NCBI RefSeq assembly: GCF_000017305.1
Contig: NC_009664.2
Coordinates: 300,001 to 332,000 of the forward strand
Source of the DNA: Kineococcus radiotolerans SRS30216 = ATCC BAA-149
Lineage (GTDB): Bacteria > Actinomycetota > Actinomycetes > Actinomycetales > Kineococcaceae
Length of the DNA: 32,000 nt
Reading direction: 5' to 3'
Under the pieces are notes generated by a model that saw nothing but the letters and a program-made list of their open reading frames with translations, was not told the DNA's origin and made no database searches. The position numbers were made by a program, and so were the translations under genes. Below, in pieces: positions 8,582-16,289 of the stretch (its first letter is position 1; each line of letters opens with the position of its first letter).

Positions 8582-9376
8582 ATGACGACCCGTCCCCGCC
8601 CGCTCGTCGGGGTCAGCCTGAAGATGTACTTCTCGCTGGCCCGCACGCGCAGCTACCTCGCCGACGTCGCGACCCTCGGGCCCGACGTCGCGGGTAGCGG
8701 CGTGGACGCGTTCGTCATCCCCGACTTCCTCAACATCACCACCGGGATCGACCTGCTGCGCGGGACCGGCATCGCCGTCGGCGCCCAGGACGCCTCCTGG
8801 GAGGACTTCGGGGCGCTGACGGGCGAGGTGTCGCCGGCCGCGCTGCGCGAGGCCGGCGCCAGGTTCGTCGAGATCGGACACGCCGAGCGCCGCCGGATGT
8901 TCGCCGAGGACGACATCGTCACCGCCCGCAAGGCGGCGGCCGCCGCCCGCAACGGTCTCGTGCCGCTGATCTGCATCGGCGAGAACGTCCGCATCGACGT
9001 GGCCGACGCGGCCCGCACCACCATCAGCCAGGTGCTGGCCGCGCTGGAGGACGTCCCCTCCGAGGCCGAGGTCGTCATCGGCTACGAACCCAACTGGGCC
9101 ATCGGGCAGACCGAACCGGCCCCGCCGGAGCACGTCGTCGGGGTGACCACCCGCCTGCGCGACGCCCTCGCCCACCGTCGCGGCCTCACCCGCATCCTCT
9201 ACGGCGGCAGCGCCGGCCCCGGCATGTTCACCGACGTCGCCGAGGGCGTGGACGGCCTGTTCCTGGGTCGCTTCGCCCACGACGTCGCCAACTTCCGGTC
9301 CGTGATCCAGGAGATCGCGGACCACCCGCTCAACGCCCACGGCTCCACCGCCGAGCCCGCGACCGACCGCGCCTGA
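8582..9376 (+). CDS. triose-phosphate isomerase family protein (divergent paralogue, EryH/TpiA2-like)
   Basis: Track ORF of 264 aa. TIM motifs are present but divergent: SLKMY, GAQD, TGEVS, GHAERR, CIGE, GYEPNWAIGQ, YGGS. Confidence 0.8.
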   Translation: MTTRPRPLVGVSLKMYFSLARTRSYLADVATLGPDVAGSGVDAFVIPDFLNITTGIDLLRGTGIAVGAQDASWEDFGALTGEVSPAALREAGARFVEIGHAERRRMFAEDDIVTARKAAAAARNGLVPLICIGENVRIDVADAARTTISQVLAALEDVPSEAEVVIGYEPNWAIGQTEPAPPEHVVGVTTRLRDALAHRRGLTRILYGGSAGPGMFTDVAEGVDGLFLGRFAHDVANFRSVIQEIADHPLNAHGSTAEPATDRA

Positions 9377-9434
9377 CGCGCGGGGGTCTCCCGCTCACCG
9401 ACGAGCCACACACCACCACCACAGGAGGCCTCTC

Positions 9435-10412
9435 GTGCCCACCGCACCCCGCACCGACAAGATCACCCGGGTCGCCCAGATCGGCACCGGCTACATGGGC
9501 GGCGGCATCGCCCAGTCCCTCGCGCTGGCCGGCAACGACGTCTGGCTCGCCGACGCCGACAAGGAGTCCACCCAGCGCAACTACGAGCGTCTCCTCAAGG
9601 AGTCGGAGCTGTTCGAGGGGCAGGGCCTCTTCCCCGCCGGCAGCACCGAGATCCTCAAGGAGAAGTTCCACCCCGCCGACTCCATCGAGGAGGCCGTCGC
9701 CGACGTCCACTTCGTCGAGGAAGCCGTCTTCGAGGACCCCCAGGTCAAGAAGGACGTCCTCTCCCGCGTCGAGAAGGCCGTCACCCCGGGCACCATCATC
9801 GGCACCAACACCTCCACCATCCCGGTGAAGGTCCTCGCCGAGGCCTTCGAAGACGCGTCGCTGTTCCTCACCGTGCACTTCTCCAACCCGGCGCCCTTCA
9901 TCCCCGGCGTCGAGCTGGTCACCGGCGTGGCGACGAACCCGGCCGTGCTGCCGCTCATCGACGACCTCCTGGTCCGCGCCGGCCGTCGCGGCGCCCAGGT
10001 GCAGGACGTCCCCGGCTTCGTCCTCAACCGCCTCCAGTACGTCCTGCTCAAGGAGGCCATGACGATCGTCGAGGAGGGTGTCGCCACCCCCAGCGACGTC
10101 GACACCATTGTCTCCACCACCTTCGGCTTCCGGCTGCCCTTCTTCGGGCCGTTCGCGATCGCCGACATGGCCGGTCTCGACGTCTACGCCAAGGGCTTCA
10201 AGGTCCTCGAGGGCCACTTCGGGGAGCGCCTGTCCGCGCCCGCCAACCTCACCGCCCTGGTCGAGGCCGGCAAGTTCGGCACCAAGACCGGTTCCGGCTT
10301 CCTCGAGCTCGAGCCCGAGAAGCTGGCCGCGCTCATCGACTACCGCAACAAGGCCTACCAGAAGATGGGTGAGCTCCTCGCCGAGCTCGGCCCGTCGCCG
10401 CTGGCGGAGTGA
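9435..10412 (+). CDS. 3-hydroxyacyl-CoA / 3-hydroxybutyryl-CoA dehydrogenase family NAD-binding protein
   Basis: Track ORF of 325 aa with AGGAGG upstream of the GTG. Rossmann segment VAQIGTGYMGGGIA, then NTSTI, HFSNPAP and PGFVLNRL motifs. Confidence 0.8.
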   Translation: MPTAPRTDKITRVAQIGTGYMGGGIAQSLALAGNDVWLADADKESTQRNYERLLKESELFEGQGLFPAGSTEILKEKFHPADSIEEAVADVHFVEEAVFEDPQVKKDVLSRVEKAVTPGTIIGTNTSTIPVKVLAEAFEDASLFLTVHFSNPAPFIPGVELVTGVATNPAVLPLIDDLLVRAGRRGAQVQDVPGFVLNRLQYVLLKEAMTIVEEGVATPSDVDTIVSTTFGFRLPFFGPFAIADMAGLDVYAKGFKVLEGHFGERLSAPANLTALVEAGKFGTKTGSGFLELEPEKLAALIDYRNKAYQKMGELLAELGPSPLAE

Positions 10413-10460
10413 CCTGAGCACCCGCACCGGAACGCCGCCGCGGCGGTAGGACACCTCGCC

Positions 10461-10496
10461 CTCGGGGCCGGCCACCACCAGGTGGCCGGCCCCGAG
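10461..10496 (+). terminator. intrinsic-terminator-like hairpin after the sugar operon
   Basis: CTCGGGGCCGGCCACC-acca-GGTGGCCGGCCCCGAG, a perfect 16-bp stem lying 49 nt after the stop at 10412. Confidence 0.5.
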
Positions 10497-10563
10497 CCGT
10501 GTGCGGGGTCGTCACGGGCCGGGCGACGGGACGCGGGTGGTGCGCGCGCCGCGAGCGCACCGT

Positions 10564-10579
10564 CTCAAGGGCGCTTGAG
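10564..10579. promoter_or_regulatory. sox-box-like palindrome (candidate SoxR operator)
   Basis: CTCAAG-GGCG-CTTGAG, 20 nt upstream of the soxR ATG. Compare the E. coli soxS operator core CCTCAAG-TTAA-CTTGAGG. Confidence 0.5.
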
Positions 10580-10599
10580 GTCGAGCGCCCCGGGCAGGC

Positions 10600-11100
10600 A
10601 TGCTCACCCCCGTGCCGGACGACCTGCTCAGCATCGGCGCCGTCGCCGCCCGCGCCGGCCTCTCCGTACCCGCCCTGCGCTACTACGAGGAGCGCGGCCT
10701 CATCGCCTCCGTGCGGGACCCCGGCGGTCGGCGCCGGTTCCCCCGCTCGGTGCTGCGCCGGCTGGCGGTGGTCGCGGCCGGTCAGCGCATCGGCCTGTCC
10801 CTGGCCGAGGTGGCCGACGCCCTGTCGCGGTTGCCCTCCGGGCGCGCTCCCTCGGCCTCGGACTGGGCGCACGTCGGCGAGCGGTGGCAGCGGCTGCTCG
10901 ACTCCCGGGTGCGCGAGCTCGAAGCCCTGCGGACGGCGCTGACCGACTGCATCGGCTGCGGCTGCCTCTCCCTGGAACGCTGCGGGCTGTTCAACCCCGG
11001 CGACGAGGCGGCGGCGGAGGGCGGGGGTTCCCGCTGGCTGCGCGGCGCCCGCCGCGCGGCCGCCGGACCGGGCGGCCCGCAGGACGAACCGACGGGGTGA
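10600..11100 (+). CDS. soxR: redox-sensitive MerR-family transcriptional activator SoxR
   Basis: Track ORF of 166 aa. MerR HTH segment LSIGAVAARAGLSVPALRYYEERGLI, plus the SoxR [2Fe-2S] motif CIGCGCLSLERCGLFNP. Confidence 0.85.
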   Translation: MLTPVPDDLLSIGAVAARAGLSVPALRYYEERGLIASVRDPGGRRRFPRSVLRRLAVVAAGQRIGLSLAEVADALSRLPSGRAPSASDWAHVGERWQRLLDSRVRELEALRTALTDCIGCGCLSLERCGLFNPGDEAAAEGGGSRWLRGARRAAAGPGGPQDEPTG

Positions 11101-11157
11101 TCGGCGCCCCGCGCAGCCGGCCGGCTGACCGCCACCGTCCCGCGGTCGGGGCGGCAC

Positions 11158-11207
11158 AACGGCACCGGGCCCCGGTCTGCGCAAGCAGACCGGGGCCCGG
11201 TGCCGTT
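11158..11207. terminator. bidirectional terminator hairpin between convergent soxR and the MCP gene
   Basis: AACGGCACCGGGCCCCGGTCTGC-gcaa-GCAGACCGGGGCCCGGTGCCGTT, a perfect 23-bp stem with a 4-nt loop. Confidence 0.6.
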
Positions 11208-11212
11208 CGTGC

Positions 11213-11254
11213 GGGGTTCAGCCGCGGGGGTTCAGCCGCAGGGGGTTCAGCCGC
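11213..11254. repeat. three tandem copies of GGGGTTCAGCCGC (period 14-15 nt), the last containing the MCP stop codon
   Basis: Copies at 11213-11225, 11227-11239 and 11242-11254. The TCA at 11247-11249 is the TGA of the minus-strand MCP. Confidence 0.6.
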
Positions 11255-12842
11255 GGGGCAGGGTGAAGGAGCCCACCAGCTCGTTCAGCTCCACCGCCGC
11301 GCGCGAGACCTCACCGGCCGTGGTCGCGGTGTGCGTGGCCCCGGCGGTGGTCTGGTCCGAGGCCGCGGCGATGCCGGAGATGTTCGTGGCGATCTCCTGC
11401 GAGCCGGTGGAGACCTCGGTGACGTTGCGGACCATCTCGGACGTGGTCGCGGACTGCTCCTCCACCGCCGCGGCGATGGTGGACTGCAACCCGTCGATGC
11501 GGGCGATGACCTCGGTGATCTCCGCGATCGCCCCCGCCGCCGCCGCCGCATCAGCCTGCGTGGAACCGACCTTCGTGATGATCTCCTCCGTCGCCCGCGC
11601 GGTCTGCTGCGCCAGCTCCTTCACCTCACCGGCCACGACGGCGAAACCCTTGCCCATCTCCCCGGCCCGGGCGGCTTCGATGGTGGCGTTCAGGGCCAGC
11701 AGGTTGGTCTGCTCAGCGATGGAGGTGATGAGCTTGACGACCTCACCGATCTCGCGGGAGGAGGCGGAGAGGCGTTCAAGGGTGTCCCCCGCCGCTCCCG
11801 CTGCCGCCACCGCCGAAGCCGCGGTCGAGGACGCCTCGGCGGTGGAGGTGGCGATCTCCCGGATCGCCGAGGACATCTCGTCACCGGCGGCGGCGACGGT
11901 GCCGATGTTGGCGGAGATCTCCTCGGTCGCTGCGGAGACGACCTGGGCCTGGGTGGCGGCCTCCTCCGCACCGGAGGAGAGCTGGGTGGCGACGGTGGTC
12001 AGTTCCTCGCTGGAGGCGGCCAGGGTGGAGGCGTTGCCGGCGATGCGGCGCATCGTGTCGGTGAGGCGGTCCATGGTGGCGTCCAGGGCGGTGGCGAGCT
12101 GACCGACCTCGTCCTCGCCGGTGATGCCGACGCGCTGGTCGAGGCGGCCGGAGGCCAGGCCCTGCACGACGTGGAGGGTCTTGGCCAGCGGACGGGCGAT
12201 GGAGCGGGCGACGAGGACAGCGGAGGTGACGGCGACAGCCAGCGCGATGGCGCCGATGACCAGCAGCATCGTGACGGCGGTGTGGTAGGCGCTGGAGCCC
12301 GCGGCGGCCATGTCCTTCGCGGCCTGGGACTCCGCCGCGGCCAGGGTGGCCAGCGTCTCGGTGATCTGCTTGGCGATGGGGGCGATGGTGCTGGTGCGGT
12401 AGGCGATGTAGCCCTCCACGTCGCCGGCCTCGGCCAGCGTCACCAGCTGCTCGCGGGCGGTGCGGTACTGGGCGAGGAGGTCCTCGAACGCGGCGCGGTC
12501 CTCCGCGCGGGAGCCGGGGCTGCTGGCCCCGTAGGCCTCCCACGCCTCGTCGAGGACGGTGTCGGTGACCCCCATGGCGTCGAGGTTGGCGGTGACGGCG
12601 TCGGGGGTGGTGGACAGGGCGGCGTTGGTGACGTCCATGCGCACCTGCAGGTAGGCGGCGCGGACGTCGCCGACGGCCTCGACCGAGGCGACCCCGGACT
12701 TCGACATCAGGTCCAGGTTGGCCTGCGAGGCACCCAGCCGGTTGATGCCGATGGCGACGATCGCGGCCAGCAGGAGGCACACGATGCCGAAGCCGGCGAA
12801 GAGCTTGGTGGCGACGTTCAGGTTCCGCAGTCGAGTGAGCAC
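11247..12842 (-). CDS. methyl-accepting chemotaxis protein (4-helix-bundle sensor, HAMP, MA domain)
   Basis: Track ORF 11247..12899. I prefer the GTG at 12842 ([19 protein letters not shown], preceded by GGGGGAG). Two TM segments, HAMP ([23 protein letters not shown]) and signalling tip [38 protein letters not shown]. Confidence 0.85.
   Translation of the reverse strand: MLTRLRNLNVATKLFAGFGIVCLLLAAIVAIGINRLGASQANLDLMSKSGVASVEAVGDVRAAYLQVRMDVTNAALSTTPDAVTANLDAMGVTDTVLDEAWEAYGASSPGSRAEDRAAFEDLLAQYRTAREQLVTLAEAGDVEGYIAYRTSTIAPIAKQITETLATLAAAESQAAKDMAAAGSSAYHTAVTMLLVIGAIALAVAVTSAVLVARSIARPLAKTLHVVQGLASGRLDQRVGITGEDEVGQLATALDATMDRLTDTMRRIAGNASTLAASSEELTTVATQLSSGAEEAATQAQVVSAATEEISANIGTVAAAGDEMSSAIREIATSTAEASSTAASAVAAAGAAGDTLERLSASSREIGEVVKLITSIAEQTNLLALNATIEAARAGEMGKGFAVVAGEVKELAQQTARATEEIITKVGSTQADAAAAAGAIAEITEVIARIDGLQSTIAAAVEEQSATTSEMVRNVTEVSTGSQEIATNISGIAAASDQTTAGATHTATTAGEVSRAAVELNELVGSFTLPRG
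11408..11522. repeat. left arm of a 115-nt perfect inverted repeat (inside the minus-strand MCP gene)
   Basis: Manual reverse-complement alignment gives 115/115 identity to 14296..14410. Confidence 0.8.
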
Positions 12843-12849
12843 GCTCCCC

Positions 12850-12859
12850 CATCGGCAGC
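12850..12859 (-). promoter_or_regulatory. GCTGCCGATG motif (sigma-28/WhiG-type -10-like) 7 nt upstream of the MCP GTG at 12842
   Basis: The minus strand reads GCTGCCGATG-ggggagc-GTG. The same 10-mer precedes the divergent MCP gene. Confidence 0.35.
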
Positions 12860-12960
12860 ACCCGCCATCCGGTTGAAGGTCGTTCGCTGCGGCAAGCACC
12901 CATCTCGCCGGCCCCCACCGCCGGGTGGGCGAGCGCGGCCCGCCGAAGGTCGGCGCCGCC

Positions 12961-12970
12961 GCTGCCGATG
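12961..12970 (+). promoter_or_regulatory. GCTGCCGATG motif (sigma-28/WhiG-type -10-like) 8 nt upstream of the MCP ATG at 12979
   Basis: GCTGCCGATG-cctagggc-ATG. Contains GCCGAT, the core of the flagellar sigma -10 consensus GCCGATAA. Confidence 0.35.
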
Positions 12971-12978
12971 CCTAGGGC

Positions 12979-14562
12979 ATGGCCCTGGTGAGGTTCTTCT
13001 GCGACATGCGCGTCGTGCCCCGGATGCTCAGCGGCTTCGCCGTCGTCTGCGTGCTGCTGATCGCCGTCGGGGCCGTCGGCGCCGCGGAGCTGTGCGCCGC
13101 CGAGGCCAGGCTGCGCGACATGCACGACTCCACGGTGGCCTCGGCCAGCGCCCTGGGCGAGGTCGGCACCACCTTCGAGCACTCCACCACGGACCTGTCC
13201 GACCTCGCCCTGGCCACCGACGCCCGAGCCGGGGCGCAGGCCCTGACCGTCGACGACGCCGCCGCCGACGACGCCTGGGAGGCCTACCTCGCGACCTCCC
13301 CCGCTTCCACCGCCGCGCAGCGCACCGCGTTCGAGACCGACCTGGCCGCCTGGCGCACCGCCCGGCAGAGCCTCGTCCGGTTCGCCCTGGACGGGGACAC
13401 CGCCGGCTTCGTCGCCGCCCGCTCCACCACCACCGCCCCCCTCGGCGACGAGGTCCGCGCCGACCTCGTGCACCTCGTCGACAGCGAGCACGCCGCCGCG
13501 ACCGCCAGCTACACCGCCGGCGAGGACGCCTACCGGCTCGCCCTGGCCGTGATCGTCGGCATCAGCGGACTGGCCCTCCTGCTCGCCGGGACCATCGCGG
13601 TGCTGCTGGGCAAGAGCATCTCCCTCCCCCTCTCCCTCGTCGTCCCCGTCATCCAGGGGCTGGCCGAGGGCCGCCTCGACCAGCGCGTCCGGGTGCTGGG
13701 CGCCTGCGAGCTGGGCAGGATGGCGGAGGCCACCAACACCTCGATCGAGCGCCTGGCCCACCTCATGCGCAGCGTCAGCGCCAACGCCGCCACCCTCTCC
13801 TCCTCCTCGGAGGAGCTGACCACCGTCGCCACCCAGCTCTCCTCCGGCGCCCGGCAGGCCGGCGGGCGGTCCCAGCAGGTCGCCGCCGCCACCGAGGAGA
13901 TCTCCACCAGCATCGGGGCCGTCGCCGCTGCGGGGGACGAGATGTCCGCCGCGATCCGCGAGATCGCCGCCTCCACCGCCGACGCCTCCCAGGTCGCCTC
14001 CGCCGCCGTCGCCTCCGCCGAGGACGCCCGCACCACCATCGAACGCCTCTCGATGTCCTCCCGCGAGATCGGCGACGTCGTCAAGCTCATCACCTCCATC
14101 GCCGAGCAGACCAACCTCCTCGCCCTGAACGCCACCATCGAAGCCGCCCGGGCCGGGGAGATGGGCAAGGGCTTCGCCGTCGTCGCCGGTGAGGTGAAGG
14201 AACTCGCCCAGCAGACCGCGCGGGCCACGGAGGAGATCGTGGGGCGGGTCAACGCCACCCAGGCCGACGCGGCGTCGGCGGCGGCGGCCATCGGGGAGAT
14301 CACCGAGGTCATCGCCCGCATCGACGGGTTGCAGTCCACCATCGCCGCGGCGGTGGAGGAGCAGTCCGCGACCACGTCCGAGATGGTCCGCAACGTCACC
14401 GAGGTCTCCAACGGCTCCCAGGAGATCGCCGTCAGCGTCGCCGACATCGCCGCCGCGGCCGAGCAGACCACCTCCGGTGCCGGCCACACCGCCAGCACCG
14501 CCGACGAGGTCGCCCACGTCGCCGCCGACCTCGACCGCCTCGTGTCCTCGTTCACCGTCTGA
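12979..14562 (+). CDS. methyl-accepting chemotaxis protein (paralogue of 11247..12842)
   Basis: Track ORF of 527 aa. Same architecture as its neighbour: TM, periplasmic helical sensor, TM, HAMP ([23 protein letters not shown]), and an MA domain whose tip is identical in protein sequence to the neighbour. Confidence 0.85.
   Translation: MALVRFFCDMRVVPRMLSGFAVVCVLLIAVGAVGAAELCAAEARLRDMHDSTVASASALGEVGTTFEHSTTDLSDLALATDARAGAQALTVDDAAADDAWEAYLATSPASTAAQRTAFETDLAAWRTARQSLVRFALDGDTAGFVAARSTTTAPLGDEVRADLVHLVDSEHAAATASYTAGEDAYRLALAVIVGISGLALLLAGTIAVLLGKSISLPLSLVVPVIQGLAEGRLDQRVRVLGACELGRMAEATNTSIERLAHLMRSVSANAATLSSSSEELTTVATQLSSGARQAGGRSQQVAAATEEISTSIGAVAAAGDEMSAAIREIAASTADASQVASAAVASAEDARTTIERLSMSSREIGDVVKLITSIAEQTNLLALNATIEAARAGEMGKGFAVVAGEVKELAQQTARATEEIVGRVNATQADAASAAAAIGEITEVIARIDGLQSTIAAAVEEQSATTSEMVRNVTEVSNGSQEIAVSVADIAAAAEQTTSGAGHTASTADEVAHVAADLDRLVSSFTV
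14296..14410. repeat. right arm of the 115-nt perfect inverted repeat (inside the plus-strand MCP gene)
   Basis: Exact reverse complement of 11408..11522. Both arms encode [38 protein letters not shown]. Confidence 0.8.
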
Positions 14563-14666
14563 CCCCCCCGGCCCCACCGCGGGAGCACCCCGGTGGCGGC
14601 GGGCGCGGGTCCCGAGCGCGTCCACGGGTAGCCTCGGCCCTCCCCCCCTGCCGAGGAGAACCGCTC

Positions 14667-14882
14667 GTGAACCCCTACCTGTCCTTCGCCCTGCTGCGCG
14701 TCGGGTTCCTCGTCCTGCCCCTGGGGGTCCTGACCCTCCTCGGCGTCGAGGCGCCGCTGTCCATCGCGATCGCCGTCGTCCTCTCCGTCGTGCTCTCCGC
14801 GGTGTTCCTGCGCGACCAGCGACGGCGGATCTCCGAGCGGGTCACCGACCGCGCCGCCCGCCGGACCCCTCCGCGCCGCTAG
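14667..14882 (+). CDS. DUF4229-like small membrane protein
   Basis: Track ORF of 71 aa with GAGGAG upstream of the GTG. Two TM helices followed by a basic tail (LRDQRRRISERVTDR), as in DUF4229 proteins. Confidence 0.6.
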   Translation: MNPYLSFALLRVGFLVLPLGVLTLLGVEAPLSIAIAVVLSVVLSAVFLRDQRRRISERVTDRAARRTPPRR

Positions 14883-14893
14883 GCTGAGGCCCC

Positions 14894-15673
14894 GTGGCGG
14901 AACAGGTCTCCTTCCTCGGCACCACGGGCCAGCGGCTGGCCGGGCTGCTGGACCTGCCCGAGGGACCGCCGCGCGGGTGGGGGATCTTCGCCCACGGCTT
15001 CACCCTCGGCAAGGACTCCCCCGCCGCCTCCCGCACCTGCAAGGGCCTCGCCAGCGAGGGCATCGGCATGCTGCGGTTCGACAACCTCGGCCTCGGGGAC
15101 TCCGAGGGCGACTGGGGCGACGGGTCCTTCACCCACAAGGTGTCCGACACCGTCCTCGCCGCCGAGTTCATGCGCTCGCGCGGGACCCCCGCCGCCCTCC
15201 TCGTCGGGCACTCCTTCGGCGGCGCCGCCGTCATCGCGGCCGCGAACCGCATCCCCGACCTCCAGGCCGTCGTCAGCGTCGCCGCCCCCTCCGAACCCCG
15301 CCACGTCGAGCACCACTACGACGCGCTCGTGGAACGGGTCCTGGCCGAGGGCCACGCCGAGTGGATGGTGGGCGGACGCGCCCTCACCCTCAAGCGCGCC
15401 TTCGTCGAGGACGTCCGCGCCGCCGACCTCAAGGAGCAGATCCACCGCCTGTCGGTGCCGCTGCTGGTCATGCACTCCCCCACCGACGACACCGTCGGCA
15501 TCGACAACGCCAGCGCCATCTTCCGGGCCGCCCGGCACCCGCGCAGCTTCGTCTCCCTGGAGGGGTCCGACCACCTGCTCACCGCCCGCGGCCAGGCCCG
15601 CCGCGCCGCGCGCATCATCAGCGCCTGGGCCGACCAGTACCTGCGCGACCCCCCGGCACCGGCCGCCCCCTGA
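14894..15673 (+). CDS. alpha/beta hydrolase
   Basis: Track ORF of 259 aa. Nucleophile elbow GHSFGG, followed by later Asp and His motifs (PTDDTV, GSDHLL). Confidence 0.8.
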   Translation: MAEQVSFLGTTGQRLAGLLDLPEGPPRGWGIFAHGFTLGKDSPAASRTCKGLASEGIGMLRFDNLGLGDSEGDWGDGSFTHKVSDTVLAAEFMRSRGTPAALLVGHSFGGAAVIAAANRIPDLQAVVSVAAPSEPRHVEHHYDALVERVLAEGHAEWMVGGRALTLKRAFVEDVRAADLKEQIHRLSVPLLVMHSPTDDTVGIDNASAIFRAARHPRSFVSLEGSDHLLTARGQARRAARIISAWADQYLRDPPAPAAP

Positions 15674-15763
15674 CCCCGCACCGCGCCCGGTGAACCGACC
15701 GACACCCCACCCCGTGGTGCCAGCGAGCGGGTCCGCCGGACCCGCCGAGCGACGGAGGCACCC

Positions 15764-16279
15764 GTGGACGACGCCCGACACCCCCAGCCCCCCGCCCGCA
15801 CCGGGCTCTCCCGGCGCCGGGCGCTCACCGTCGGCGGCGCCCTCGGCCTCGGCCCGGCCCTCGCGGCCTGCGGCGACGACGCGACGACCGGGACGGAGCC
15901 CGGGACCCCCGCGAGCAGCACGTCCAGCAGCACGCCCAGCGGCTCGTCGAGCACCTCGGCCGGCCCCGCCCCCGCCGGAACCGGCGCGGCCCTCACCACC
16001 GTCTCGGCCGTCCCCGTGGGCTCGGCGCTCCTCGTGGAGGGCGGCGGCGGGGCCCCCGTCGTCGTCGCCCAGCCCACCGCGGGCCGGATCGTCGCCTTCA
16101 GCGGCCTGTGCACCCACCAGGGGTGCGCGGTCGCCGTCGCCGGGCAGGAACTGGACTGCCCCTGCCACGGGTCCCGGTTCGACGCGCTGACCGGGGCGGT
16201 CCTGCAGGGACCCGCGACCGACCCGCTGACCCCCTACGAGGTCCGGGTGGACGGCGACTCCGTCGTCGCCGCCACCTGA
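15764..16279 (+). CDS. Rieske (2Fe-2S) domain lipoprotein with Tat signal
   Basis: Track ORF of 171 aa. Twin-arginine SRRRALTVGG, lipobox LAAC, Ser/Thr-rich linker, and Rieske ligand motifs CTHQGC and CPCHGS. Confidence 0.85.
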   Translation: MDDARHPQPPARTGLSRRRALTVGGALGLGPALAACGDDATTGTEPGTPASSTSSSTPSGSSSTSAGPAPAGTGAALTTVSAVPVGSALLVEGGGGAPVVVAQPTAGRIVAFSGLCTHQGCAVAVAGQELDCPCHGSRFDALTGAVLQGPATDPLTPYEVRVDGDSVVAAT

Positions 16280-16289
16280 ACCGGCCCGG

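Noticed and set aside
10482-14625. Very long ORFs overlapping the MCP genes on other frames (10482..14192 +, 1236 aa; 11881..14625 -, 914 aa). Similar giants occur elsewhere: 21291..24734 +, 24962..27214 +, 27483..30488 -, 16563..18365 +, 6232..8007 -, 4908..6422 -, 2793..4058 -, 2927..4525 +.
   Set aside because: Their translations are Arg/Pro/Gly/Ala-rich low-complexity sequence with no recognisable motifs. They run antisense to, or out of frame with, ORFs that carry clear family signatures and G/C-saturated third codon positions. These are the expected stop-codon-poor shadow frames of very GC-rich DNA.
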